This document shows, piece by piece, positions 29,765 to 40,000 of a DNA stretch of 64,000 nt. The translations under genes and the position numbers were made by a program. The DNA lies in assembly GCA_964386765.1 (NCBI GenBank), contig CAYLUC010000004.1:1799-65798 (forward strand). The letters are read 5' to 3'. The notes under the pieces are model-generated. The model was not told the origin of the DNA. It did not search any database and saw only the letters and a list, made by a program, of their open reading frames with translations. Each line of letters starts with the position of its first letter. Within the stretch, counting starts at the first letter, position 1. The stretch comes from an uncultured Candidatus Poseidoniales archaeon (GTDB taxonomy: Archaea > Thermoplasmatota > Poseidoniia > Poseidoniales > Thalassarchaeaceae).

Positions 29765-29830
29765 GACATTCCCTCCTGCATTTCGCTCAATACTTCTTCT
29801 GTCGATTACGCCGTTGGCGGCCCTTTGTGC

Positions 29831-31081
29831 TCATACCGCCAAGAATCGGTACCTGGCGTATACGTAGCCAGCAAGGGCGATTTTCTCTGATTTCGTCAAC
29901 TGAATTCTTTCAGTGAAAACATCCCCTCCCTTCTTCTTAATTTTCGACATGATCGATTCGTAGAATTTTGCCATAGCGGCTGGGGAGTACCTCGACGCCT
30001 TATCTAGCATAGGGAGAAGTTTGAATGCCCTGTCCCTGTATCTATCGGCTTGCTCGATAAAGTCCTCGACGAAAGGCTTCCACCCGGGGTGAGAAATAAC
30101 AGAATTTTCACCTAGGATGTCTTCTGGAGTAATTCCAAATCTGGCGAGATCCTCGACAGGCAGGTAAATTCTGTTTCTAGCAGCGTCTTCTGCAACGTCT
30201 CTGAGAATATTTGTTAGTTGCATGTATATTCCCCATGCCTCCGCATACTCCCTCGCTAGAGGGTCGTCGTAACCATATATCTCGATGCAAACCAGCCCCA
30301 CTGTTGAAGCAACGCGATAACAGTAAGAATAGAGGTCTTCGAAGGTTTCGTAGCGGTTTCTGTGGAAGTCATCCTCCATGCCACTGATCATATCGTCCAA
30401 TGATTGACGATGAATGCCGAAGGTCTGCACAGTGTCTTTCAGGGCAATGAAAATTGGGTCGGTCGATGTCACATTTTCATAAGCCGTTGACAACTTCTTT
30501 CTGTAGTAGAAAAGTTGTGACATCTTGTCATTGTAAGATGATCTTTCTACGACTGGCTTCCCACTTGTCAGTCTCTCTATCCTCTCACGGTAGTCCTTCG
30601 ACTCTGGGTCGTCCGATGAACCACCGGGAAAGTGATCGACATAATCCCCATCAGCAATGTCATCAGCCCTGCGACAGAATGCGTAGTAGGCACAAATAGA
30701 GCGCCTCTGAAGGTCTGGAAGGTACTTGAACGAATGATAGAAGTTTCCAGCCTCCCTCCTCGTCAATTCCTCACAGTAGTCATAGGCGGTGTCAATGATG
30801 CTTTGTGGTACCTCAGGCTCCGACCAAATCGCAGCATCTACATGGGCGAATGGATTGACCAACTCTCCCCTTGGGCCAATTACACCCATGAAAATGGCGC
30901 CTTCGCGAACCGCTTCTAGGGCAGTAATGCTAATCGCTCTAGCAGCCTCCCTAGTCACTCCCACTGTTCTGCGGACCCTTTCTATGCTCCGAGTCTCAAC
31001 ATCTGCTTCAACTATCGAAATGCTCCGCTCGCTAACCAATCCCAACGGTCGGACGGTGCCCGGCTCGTGTGTTTCAGTCAT
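29831..31081 (-). CDS. Squalene/phytoene synthase family protein (CrtB-like) with ~100-aa N-terminal extension
   Basis: AGNFYHSFKYLPDLQRRSICAYYAFCRRADDIADG (first Asp-rich motif), YCYRVASTVG, NILRDVAEDAARNRIYLP (second motif). Confidence 0.75.
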   Translation of the reverse strand: MTETHEPGTVRPLGLVSERSISIVEADVETRSIERVRRTVGVTREAARAISITALEAVREGAIFMGVIGPRGELVNPFAHVDAAIWSEPEVPQSIIDTAYDYCEELTRREAGNFYHSFKYLPDLQRRSICAYYAFCRRADDIADGDYVDHFPGGSSDDPESKDYRERIERLTSGKPVVERSSYNDKMSQLFYYRKKLSTAYENVTSTDPIFIALKDTVQTFGIHRQSLDDMISGMEDDFHRNRYETFEDLYSYCYRVASTVGLVCIEIYGYDDPLAREYAEAWGIYMQLTNILRDVAEDAARNRIYLPVEDLARFGITPEDILGENSVISHPGWKPFVEDFIEQADRYRDRAFKLLPMLDKASRYSPAAMAKFYESIMSKIKKKGGDVFTERIQLTKSEKIALAGYVYARYRFLAV

Positions 31082-31165
31082 ACTCCCTCGTTCCGAGCGC
31101 CAAAGGCCTGCTATTGAACCTCACCCCAGTTTGGGCGAATAATCATTCGAGCCCATAGGGCTCGA

Positions 31166-32188
31166 CTATTTCCTTTCTGACTTTAGCAGTTTGGAGCACC
31201 TTCTCTTCGAAGATATTGAAAGCATAGTTTTCTTGGTGAGTTCCTTGATTTCATCTCGGGAAATTTTGACCCTATTTTCTCCATCAAGGACATTATTCTC
31301 CCTTAGAAGTGAGATAGTCCTCTGCCCGATTAGGACGGGTAGCATGCATGCCCCCCTCAGCCTGAATTGTGAATAGGGCAGAATTTCGATATATTCAATC
31401 GCTGAATCCAGATGCTCGTCTGCTCTGTCCAGCAATTCATTGAAGAGATCTCTGAATCTCCCCATATTCTCCGGTTCTCTGAGGTCTTCAGGCATTAGTC
31501 CATGACTTTCCAACTTGTCCAGTGGGACGTAGCACCTGCCTAGCCTCAAGTCTTCGGGAATGTCTCGCAGTATGTTGATTAGCTGTAGTGCCTTTCCGAA
31601 TCTTACGCCCTTCTCGAAGAGCTTCCTCTCAGTTTCGCTGTCCACTTTGAATTGATGTTCAAGGGACATGCTGGTCCAGAACTCGCCAACGCTTCCTGCC
31701 ACTCTGTAGGCATAGTCATCGAGCTCCTCATAATTTTTCAGAGCCGTGATAACTTCCCCTCTGCCAGCCCCAAATCTTTGCAAATCGAGGCTCTGTCCAC
31801 CTATAATCACCCCCAAACAGGTTCTGACTATTTCCCTGTCCCTTTCGGGCAGTTCGAATAGTAACTGGACTGGCTCCTCCGCCCTGGAAAGAAGCCTGGC
31901 TTCTGCGGGATTCTTCTGATGCTTTGCGAGGCTGGACATATCTGGAATCGAATCAGATTGGCCCTGTGCCCCCCTGTTGTAGGCCTCTAGAGTTTCCAAC
32001 AGCTCTTCTGTCGTACCACTGCTGGAGTCGGCAATTGTGTCTGCAATCCTAGCTAGAAGGTACAGGAGGCCCATTTGCTTCCTGACTCCCGATGGAAGCT
32101 TATTCAGAGTGAGGTAGAATGACCTTGAAGTATCTTCAAGTAACTTGTCAACGGATGGTTCCAGTCCTCCCATGCAGAGTCCCCTCAA
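31166..32188 (-). CDS. Squalene/phytoene synthase family protein, divergent paralog (SQS/HpnC-HpnD-like)
   Basis: SRSFYLTLNKLPSGVRKQMGLLYLLARIADTIAD, YRVAGSVGEFW, INILRDIPEDLRLGRCYVP. These are the same fold motifs, but clearly a different subfamily from the adjacent gene. Confidence 0.7.
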   Translation of the reverse strand: MRGLCMGGLEPSVDKLLEDTSRSFYLTLNKLPSGVRKQMGLLYLLARIADTIADSSSGTTEELLETLEAYNRGAQGQSDSIPDMSSLAKHQKNPAEARLLSRAEEPVQLLFELPERDREIVRTCLGVIIGGQSLDLQRFGAGRGEVITALKNYEELDDYAYRVAGSVGEFWTSMSLEHQFKVDSETERKLFEKGVRFGKALQLINILRDIPEDLRLGRCYVPLDKLESHGLMPEDLREPENMGRFRDLFNELLDRADEHLDSAIEYIEILPYSQFRLRGACMLPVLIGQRTISLLRENNVLDGENRVKISRDEIKELTKKTMLSISSKRRCSKLLKSERK

Positions 32189-32211
32189 GTGCCTCCCCGG
32201 GCACCCTGCAT

Positions 32212-33138
32212 CTAAGACTCTCGCAATCCAGCATCGACTAGGGCCCCAACTAGTACTTTGCCAATCTCGGATGGGTCCCTAGCCACATAGATACCAGCGG
32301 CCTCGAATGCAGAGAATTTCTCTGCAGCAGTACCCTTCCCTCCCGAAATTATTGCTCCTGCATGCCCCATCCTCTTTCCAGGTGGTGCCGTTGAGCCTGC
32401 AACGAAGCCCACAACCGGTTTTGTCATGTTTTCTGCTACCCACTCGGCCGCCTCTTCTTCCGCGGATCCGCCTATCTCTCCAATCATCACAACAGCAACA
32501 GTCTCAGGATCACTTTCGAATGCTGTCAGACAATCGATGAAGCCGGTGCCATTGACCGGGTCCCCTCCAATTCCAACACAAGTTGTTTGTCCCTCGTCAA
32601 CACTCATTGTCTGAGCGACAGCCTCGTAAGTCAGAGTCCCCGATTTTGACACAATGCCAATTCGGCCCTTTTTGTGGATAAACGCGGGCATAATTCCAAC
32701 TTTACAACCACCATTCTCGCCAGGGGAGATGATCCCAGGGCAATTAGGCCCGATGAGCCTCACATCCGGGCATGAGTCGACAATGGAGACAGCTCTTACC
32801 ATGTCTAGAGTCGGAATTCCCTCTGTGATGCATACGATCAGCCCGCCTCCTGCTGCTTGGAAAGATTGCGCGGCGTCAACAATTGCGCCGGAGGCGAATC
32901 TTGCAGGGACGTAAATCACGCTAACATCGGCACTAGTCTCAGAAATGGCCTCTGCCATGGAATTGAAAACAGGGACCTTCTTTCCCTCTAAATCCACGAT
33001 TTGCCCTCCTTTACCAGGAGTAACACCCCCGACAATGTTGGTGTTGTAGCGAGACATCCTAATCCCGTGAAATGTTCCTTGGCGGCCCGTTATTCCTTGT
33101 ATCAGTATCTTGCTATCATCATTGATCCAAATCGCCAT
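32212..33138 (-). CDS. sucD: Succinyl-CoA synthetase alpha subunit
   Basis: N-terminus [15 protein letters not shown] (CoA-binding). Conserved His region [14 protein letters not shown]. Confidence 0.9.
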   Translation of the reverse strand: MAIWINDDSKILIQGITGRQGTFHGIRMSRYNTNIVGGVTPGKGGQIVDLEGKKVPVFNSMAEAISETSADVSVIYVPARFASGAIVDAAQSFQAAGGGLIVCITEGIPTLDMVRAVSIVDSCPDVRLIGPNCPGIISPGENGGCKVGIMPAFIHKKGRIGIVSKSGTLTYEAVAQTMSVDEGQTTCVGIGGDPVNGTGFIDCLTAFESDPETVAVVMIGEIGGSAEEEAAEWVAENMTKPVVGFVAGSTAPPGKRMGHAGAIISGGKGTAAEKFSAFEAAGIYVARDPSEIGKVLVGALVDAGLRES

Positions 33139-34346
33139 CAGTTCCCACCCCCTATCAGTTCCACAATTTTGCGGGCACCTTCGGAAAGGGTGCTTGTGGT
33201 GTGAACAGACATTCCACTTTCATCCAGAACTGCCTTCCCCTCGACGTGATTAGTTCCGGAGAATCTTACTACTAATGGAACATCTAGTCCGATCTCTTCG
33301 GAAGCCTCGATAACGCTTCTTGCAACCATGTCACACCTGATTATTCCCCCAAAGATATTCACTAGAATTCCTTCCACGCTTGAATCCTCCAATATGATCT
33401 CGAATGCAGCTGTGATGGACTCCTTCGTGGCCCCTCCACCAATGTCAAGGAAGTTCGCTGGCTCGCCCCCATAGAGCTTGATGACGTCCATGGATGCCAT
33501 CGCTAGTCCGGCCCCATTGACCAGACACCCTATGTTCCCATCGAGCTTCACGTAGGAAAGCCCCAGTTCGTGAGCCCTGATTTCAACTTCCTCCTCCTCG
33601 GAGACATCCCTTAATTCGTCCCTCCATGGATGCCTGAAGTCTGCGTTATCGTCGAAGCTGACCTTCGCATCTAGTGCCACCATACTTCCATCATCTGTCC
33701 TGACCAGCGGATTAATCTCAATCATCGAGCAGTCTTTCTCCATGAAGAGGACATACAGGGAATCTAGCATATCCACCATTTCATTTGCAGACTCGCCGGA
33801 CAGTCCCAATGCGGAAGCAAGCGATTCGGCATCCTCATTCCTCAGGCCGTCCGTTGGATGCGCCCAAATCTTGTGAATTGCTTCTGGGGTTTTCTCAGCG
33901 ACCTCTTCTATGTCCATCCCACCTTCTGTGGAGGCCATGAAGAGTACTAACTTTGCATCCCTGTCCACAAGAACTGCAAGATAGTACTCATGATTTATCG
34001 AACAACCAGATTCGATGTACATATTGCTGACTATCTTGCCTTCAGGGCCAGTTTGCTTAGTGACTAGGAGGTTTCCCGAGATTTTCTTGGCGTACTCTTC
34101 AACATCGTCCCTGGAGAAAGCGATTTTTACTCCTCCTTGCATTACTTCCTCTCCCGAGGCGGGGTCGAACAACGTACCCTTGCCCCTCCCCCCTGCATGG
34201 ATCTGGCTCTTCACTGCCACCACCGCGGAACCAAGTGAGTCGTAGGCTGAGAGGGCCTCATCCACGGTTGTACAGTGAACTCCGTCTTGGACCTTGATGC
34301 CGGACTCTCGGAACATTGCCTTTGCTTGATACTCGTGGATGTTCAT
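33138..34346 (-). CDS. sucC: Succinyl-CoA synthetase beta subunit
   Basis: Canonical [12 protein letters not shown]... N-terminus begins at the internal ATG (34346). The listed 553-aa ORF carries a spurious 151-aa Pro/Arg-rich extension. ATP-grasp and ligase-CoA blocks are present. Confidence 0.85.
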   Translation of the reverse strand: MNIHEYQAKAMFRESGIKVQDGVHCTTVDEALSAYDSLGSAVVAVKSQIHAGGRGKGTLFDPASGEEVMQGGVKIAFSRDDVEEYAKKISGNLLVTKQTGPEGKIVSNMYIESGCSINHEYYLAVLVDRDAKLVLFMASTEGGMDIEEVAEKTPEAIHKIWAHPTDGLRNEDAESLASALGLSGESANEMVDMLDSLYVLFMEKDCSMIEINPLVRTDDGSMVALDAKVSFDDNADFRHPWRDELRDVSEEEEVEIRAHELGLSYVKLDGNIGCLVNGAGLAMASMDVIKLYGGEPANFLDIGGGATKESITAAFEIILEDSSVEGILVNIFGGIIRCDMVARSVIEASEEIGLDVPLVVRFSGTNHVEGKAVLDESGMSVHTTSTLSEGARKIVELIGGGN

Positions 34347-34450
34347 GCTATCGCCCCGGCCACTGGCAACCTGTCTTTGAAGGATGCGCAAGAGCTCCTT
34401 GTCTAACTGGGACGCGAAGCGCTCAAACCAACCTGCTGTCACGCCCATCC

Positions 34451-35410
34451 ATGGACGTGCTCGTGCTGGCCGGCGGTTTTGGCACCAGACTCCGTCCTTG
34501 GACCTCGGGCAGAGCGAAACCACTACTCCCTCTTCTCGACATGACTCTGCTAGAACGCGTTGTCGAGTGTGTCCCTCCTGAGATGGTCGACAGGGTGGTG
34601 GTCGCCGCTGGGTATGGAATTGACGAAATGAGGGATTTCTCCTCCTCGGGAGGAGCGGAATATGAGATCGTACTTTCTGTTGAGGAAGATGCTCTTGGAA
34701 CGGGAGGCGCGGTAGCGAATGCAAGAAGGCATCTAACTGGAAATGGGCCAGTTTTGGTACTGAATGGGGACTTGGTTTCCAGCGTGGATGTCGGGTCACT
34801 CATCGACCATCACAACAGAAAATCCGCATCTGCAACTCTCTCTCTATGGGAGGTCGAGGACCCCAGTAGGTTCGGGGTTTGTGATTTGGACCATGAAGGG
34901 ATGATAAGGAGGTTCCAGGAGAAGCCAGAACCCGGTACTGAGTTCTCGAACTTGATTAACGCGGGGTGCTCTGTCCTCAGTAGGGAAACCCTCGACTCCT
35001 TGCCGAGCGGGTCATACAGCATGGAGAGGGAAATCTTCCCTGCTATCGCCGAATCAGGCGGGATGGCGGGCCTGGAGTTTTCCGGATACTTCGTGGATGC
35101 AGGTACACCAGACTCTTTCATCGAGGCGGCTCAGGTGTGCATCCAGAACGATCGATTCTCAAGCGGCCACCTGGAGGGCGACTCTTGGTTCGGCCCGGGC
35201 TCTAAATGTGAGGGGGAAACTTCTGGCTGCTCCATAGGCCCAGGGGCAACGATATCAAGTGGAGCTAGACTTACTGATTGCGTGGTATTGGGGGGGGCCG
35301 TGGTAGGGCAAGGCGCCGTACTAAACCGATGCCTAGTGGGAGAGGGGTCATCCGTTTCTGCCGAGTCTACATTAGATGGCAAGATAATCGGCCATGGCGA
35401 ATCAGAATAG
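34451..35410 (+). CDS. Sugar-1-phosphate nucleotidylyltransferase with C-terminal left-handed beta-helix (GlmU/RmlA-like)
   Basis: MDVLVLAGGFGTRLRPWTSGRAKPLLPL (NTP-transferase G-rich loop). C-terminal hexapeptide repeats GPGATISSGARLTDCVVLGGAVVGQGAVL. Start at the ATG at 34451, not the longer overlapping ORF. Confidence 0.75.
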   Translation: MDVLVLAGGFGTRLRPWTSGRAKPLLPLLDMTLLERVVECVPPEMVDRVVVAAGYGIDEMRDFSSSGGAEYEIVLSVEEDALGTGGAVANARRHLTGNGPVLVLNGDLVSSVDVGSLIDHHNRKSASATLSLWEVEDPSRFGVCDLDHEGMIRRFQEKPEPGTEFSNLINAGCSVLSRETLDSLPSGSYSMEREIFPAIAESGGMAGLEFSGYFVDAGTPDSFIEAAQVCIQNDRFSSGHLEGDSWFGPGSKCEGETSGCSIGPGATISSGARLTDCVVLGGAVVGQGAVLNRCLVGEGSSVSAESTLDGKIIGHGESE

Positions 35411-36110
35411 TCGGCATGGTCAAAGCACCCCTGTCACTCGCACGTTCGTGAGCGACACTCTGGTGGTTGTGAACTTCAAGACCTACGAAGAGGCCCATGG
35501 CCCCTCTGCCGTAGCACTAGCTCGTATCATGGAGGGGATAGAAACCAAAGCTAGGCTAGTCGCCGCCGTATCCCCTCTCGATCTCGCGCAGGTCGTTCAA
35601 GCGGCCCCTGGCCTGGAAGTCTGGTGTCAGCACATGGACCCCATCGGATTTGGTTCCAATACTGGTTGGATAAGTCCCGAGACAGCGATTCAGTGGGGTG
35701 CCTCAGGGACTCTAATCAATCATGCAGAGCACAAGGTCAGTCTGGAGCACGTAGCCATGCTACTGGACCAGGTTCCAGAGGGCTTCCAAGTCTGCGCCTG
35801 TGCGGCTGACACCGATGAGGCGAGGGCTCTGGCAGCCTTAGTTCCCACATTCGTAGCCGTTGAGCCGCCCGAACTGATAGGCGGAGATGTTTCAGTCACC
35901 AGTGCCGATCCAGGGATAGTCTCCGGAACGGCAGAAGCAGTGAGGGAGACGAACGGTGACGTTGGAGTTCTCTGTGGGGCGGGAGTGAAGACCGGAGCAG
36001 ATGTGGCTATGGCCGTGGAGCTTGGAACCTCGGGCGTCCTCTTAGCTAGTGGCGTCACAAAATCGCCGGACCAGGCTGCGGCTCTCACAAATCTAGTGTC
36101 GCTTCTTTAG
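35394..36110 (+). CDS. tpiA: Triosephosphate isomerase, archaeal type
   Basis: LVVVNFKTYEEAHG ... GASGTLINHAEHKV match the archaeal TIM pattern (INYK.Y, GTLINHSE). Confidence 0.75.
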   Translation: MANQNSRHGQSTPVTRTFVSDTLVVVNFKTYEEAHGPSAVALARIMEGIETKARLVAAVSPLDLAQVVQAAPGLEVWCQHMDPIGFGSNTGWISPETAIQWGASGTLINHAEHKVSLEHVAMLLDQVPEGFQVCACAADTDEARALAALVPTFVAVEPPELIGGDVSVTSADPGIVSGTAEAVRETNGDVGVLCGAGVKTGADVAMAVELGTSGVLLASGVTKSPDQAAALTNLVSLL

Positions 36111-36999
36111 GGTTCTCGAACGTAGTAATCCAGTAGAGCAGCAGCAGTGTGGCTACAGTGGCCACGCCGCGATTCCAATCGACTAGGGCCGCCAGCATAA
36201 CCACCCCAACGTAGACGAAGGCCAGGACTGCAAGTAGAATCAAGTGAATAATCGGAGCTCCATTCAGCCGTGGGTCTAGGAAATCATAGAAGTAGAAACC
36301 ACCCTTGCTCATCGCGAAAAATGCTGAGTAGGTGACATACGCGGCCCCGAAAAGAACTGGGAAAGAAATGTGGGAAAGTCCGACTGATATGTCTGTAACG
36401 AGCAACTCCACTCCGAGAATGATTACGTTTCCATTGTGCATGATCTGGTTGTCCCATAGGAAGTAGTGACTGATGTTGTCCCCCCTCTTATTCGACTCAG
36501 GAATTAGGATGAAAGTCACAGTCACACTAACTAGAAGGGCGCACGCGCAAGCAGCAGCTAGGGCCGCAGGACATATGTGAAGCACGATTCCCGGGACGCC
36601 CACCCCAAAAATGTGCGACCATGTCACGTATGCCGCCATGGCGAAGTAGAATCCCAGGAGTCCGAAGCTCCACATCGTGAATGCTGCTAATCGGTTCGTG
36701 CCGAAAAGCCTCCTTGGACCATATATTTTCGTTTCATAGTCCAATACATTGTAGGTTAGTCCCCCCTTATCGGTGCCGATTACAAAGAGGGTGACTAGAG
36801 ATGCCATTGCCGCAATCGTTCTGAATAGGGCTAGGAGAATGTCAGGCATTACTTGAGAGCCAGAAACCTCGGATAGGGAGGGAGATGGCTGCTCTGGTCC
36901 GCCCATCATCCATAGGAGCGATATTGCCGACACAAATCCCACAAGGGACAAGGTCGCGACCGTGCGGTCACTCTCGGAGTACTCCCTGATCCCGACCAC
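36085..36999 (-). CDS. Hypothetical polytopic membrane protein
   Basis: Seven to eight hydrophobic helices. No motif recognised. Confidence 0.4.
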   Translation of the reverse strand: MVGIREYSESDRTVATLSLVGFVSAISLLWMMGGPEQPSPSLSEVSGSQVMPDILLALFRTIAAMASLVTLFVIGTDKGGLTYNVLDYETKIYGPRRLFGTNRLAAFTMWSFGLLGFYFAMAAYVTWSHIFGVGVPGIVLHICPAALAAACACALLVSVTVTFILIPESNKRGDNISHYFLWDNQIMHNGNVIILGVELLVTDISVGLSHISFPVLFGAAYVTYSAFFAMSKGGFYFYDFLDPRLNGAPIIHLILLAVLAFVYVGVVMLAALVDWNRGVATVATLLLLYWITTFENPKEATLDL

Positions 37000-37064
37000 G
37001 TTGGTTCCAATAACGCACCAACTATCAAACCTGTCACGGATTGATGGCTACCATGGCTCTTGTA

Positions 37065-40000
37065 CTAATGTCTCCTCGATCTGCTGGCAGCGAATGATAT
37101 GGCTACAATAGCTGGAAGGAAGGCAAATCCGGGTACGGAACCACCTGAGTCCCCAGTCGCCTCGGGGATACAGGAGGTCTGCCCCTTCTCAGGTTGCGCC
37201 TCTCCTGATGGACAGGGCTGCTGGAAGAAGGCCCCCGGCTCGGGGACGAAGTGGTTGGCTCCCGCGACTATGCAGTACGTTGCCTTGGCTAGGTGCTGGT
37301 AGGTCCCGGCCTCGCAGGGCGTCTGGGAGGATGACCCCTCTGCCTCCACGTAGTGACCCTTCTGGGCGTCGATGCACTCGGTCTGCGCGGTAGAAGGCTG
37401 GTAGGTCCCGGCCTCGCAGGGGTATTGGCTCAGAGAGCCAATCAGCGAAACGATGTATCCAGCCTCAGCCTCTAGACATGCAGGTTGCCCTGCAGAGGGC
37501 TGGTAGGTCCCGACCTCGCAGTATTCGAAGTCCAAGGACCCCTCATCCGCCACGAATGCCCCTCCAGTTGCTTCGATGCACGAGGCTCTGCCCGGCTCTG
37601 GTTGGTAAGTCCCGGGAGAGCAAATCGTTTCCGATGTGGCGCCCGGCCCCTCTGCCGAGTGGCCGGCTTCTGCCTCGATGCACGAGGCTTGCCCGGAGTC
37701 GGGCTGGTATTGTCCAGGGACACACTCCCTCTGTACCTCGGAACCCATGCCATCTGCGTAGTGACCCGGCTCCGCCTCTAGGCAAGAGGAAGAACCTGTT
37801 TCCGGCTGGTAGTGGCCCTCTGGGCATTCAGCCTGTGATGCTGACCCTTCCCCTTCGACATAACTTCCTGGGTCAGCCGAGAGGCAGATTATGGCGCCGA
37901 AGTCGGGCTGGTAATGCCCCGTGGCGCATGGGACCTCGTCACCCGTGCCCTCGGAGGGTGCGTGGTGTCCTGGATTGGTGTCCATGCACTCGGTCTGCGC
38001 GGTAGAGGGCTGGTAGGTACCTGCAGGACAGGCCTCCTCTGAAATCGCACCGTCCGTGTCTACGTAGTGGCCGGGGTTCGAGTCGATGCATTCGCTCTGG
38101 CCCTGCGATGCTTGGAACTGGGGCATCGAGCAGGGAGTTTGGGAAGTCGATCCAGACTCGCTTGCGTAGTGGCCCGGCTCCGCTACCTTGCACTCGCTGA
38201 GACCCAGCTCGTCCGAGTAAGTCCCGGGCTCGCAGGGAGTCTGTGCGACAGACCCGTTACCGGGGGCGTAGTGCCCGGCGAAAGCGAGTGAGCAAGATGA
38301 AGCGGCTAGGTTGGCCGAGTAGGTTCCTGGTGCGCACTCGGTCTGTGTGGTAGAACCCACGCTACCGACATAGTTACCGGGATCCGCAGCGAGGCAATCA
38401 GATTGGTTGGCAAGTGGCTGGTAGTACCCAGTCCCGCACATCATCTGCGCGGTGGCCTCAACGTTTGTCTCGTGCCCCATGTCCGCCCCAAAGCACGATG
38501 TCTGCCCGGAATCGGGCTGGTAGTAGCCTGGTTCGCAGGACTCCTGGGATGTCGCGGTGCTTCCCGAGACATAGTGCCCCGGACTCGCCTCAATGCAGAA
38601 CCCCTGTCCCGCCAGTGGCTGGAACTCGCCAGGTTGGCACTCCCAGTCCGACTCTGAGAACTCCGGGGAGTAGTGCCCCGCCTCGCTGACTCCCGTGCAG
38701 GAGCCGTCGATTACGTAGTGTCCCGCCGGGCATCCCCATGGCAGATCGTCAAGCATCCCCAGAACACCATCGCCATCTGGGTCCCTGTCGCCCAACATCG
38801 CTGTTCCGTCAGTCCCAGCTTCGACCCAAATCTCAGCGGGGAAAGATGAGAATCCATTGCCGCCGTTGCCCAGCCCACCGTAGTTGTCGGAGCCCCAGCA
38901 GAAGACGCCACCAGTCGTGTTAATCGCACAGGTTGACTGGACCTCGGCCATCCATCCTGTTGAGTTCCATCTGGAGTGGTCGCCATACCACGAGCCCCCC
39001 GCGGCTATTGCGACGAACTCATGCGCGCCGACTACTGGCGTGATGTCCTCGTAGTACGACGTGTTCCCAAGTCCGAGCTGCCCGTTGCCGTTCATCCCGC
39101 CGCACCATGCCTCGAAGCTGTCGAGTATGGCGCATCCGTGCTCAGGCCCCTGGCTGAAGGAGATCACCGAGCGGTTCACGTCCGGCCCAAGATCGGGATT
39201 CAGGGTGGGCGAGGAGTTCCAGCGCTCGTCATCATTGCCAAATCCCCAGAAGGCGACGTTCCCGTCCTCGAGAACCGCCGTGTGCCCCGAGAATCCTGAA
39301 TCAATCGCCAATACGCCAGTGCCGTTCGGCATGGGGACGTATTTGGGTTCCAGCTGTAACGCGAAGTCGACGTCGGATCCAGCCCAAAAACCATGGCTGA
39401 ACCCGTCCGTCGTCACGCCAGTCAGTGTGTTGTTTTCCTTGCCAGTCCACTCAATCCAGTGGGTGCCTCCAAACGGGCATGGGTACATGTAGGCCTTGCC
39501 CTCTTCCCCGAAATTCGTCGCATCGGTCAAGTTGAGCCAGGTTTGATCCCCCGTCAGCATTTCATCTGCAAGCGTGGTCTTGTAGAGGTAGTCGTCGCCC
39601 TGCCCCATTGATCCTGTGTCGCTTCTCCCCCAGCAGTACAAGCTGTTGTTGTCGAGAACCGCGCACGAGGTGCCCATTCCGACTGATACAGCGATAGCGC
39701 TCCGGTTTTCGGGCATCTCGACCATCTGCGGCCTGGTTATGCCATTGTAGATGTTGCAGTTGTCCCCAACCGCGGGGATCTGCGAGTAGACTACTCCTTC
39801 GCTGCACCAATCTCCATTCCCCACCTGGCCGAATTCGTTATGGCCCCAGCACGACACGTCTCCGTCGTCGATAATCGCGCAGAAGTGAGCGCTCAGGTCA
39901 GATCCCACGATGGTCCTGACTTCGGCGTTTGGATTACCAGGGAAGTGGACCTTGGCTGGTAGCTTTCCTTGGGCGTACCTGCATGGGTAGTAATCGTTAC

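Noticed and set aside
34347-34799. The 151-aa N-terminal extension of the listed 553-aa sucC ORF
   Set aside because: The canonical SucC N-terminus MNIHEYQAK begins at the internal ATG (34346). The extension is Pro/Arg-rich and would overlap the divergently transcribed nucleotidyltransferase gene.
37099-39810. More than ten ORFs of 60-175 aa on both strands overlapping the giant surface-protein gene
   Set aside because: They fall within GC-rich in-frame tandem repeats. They are much shorter than the 1130-aa frame, have Arg/Pro-rich low-complexity translations, and carry no motifs. They are judged artefacts of repeat and GC composition.
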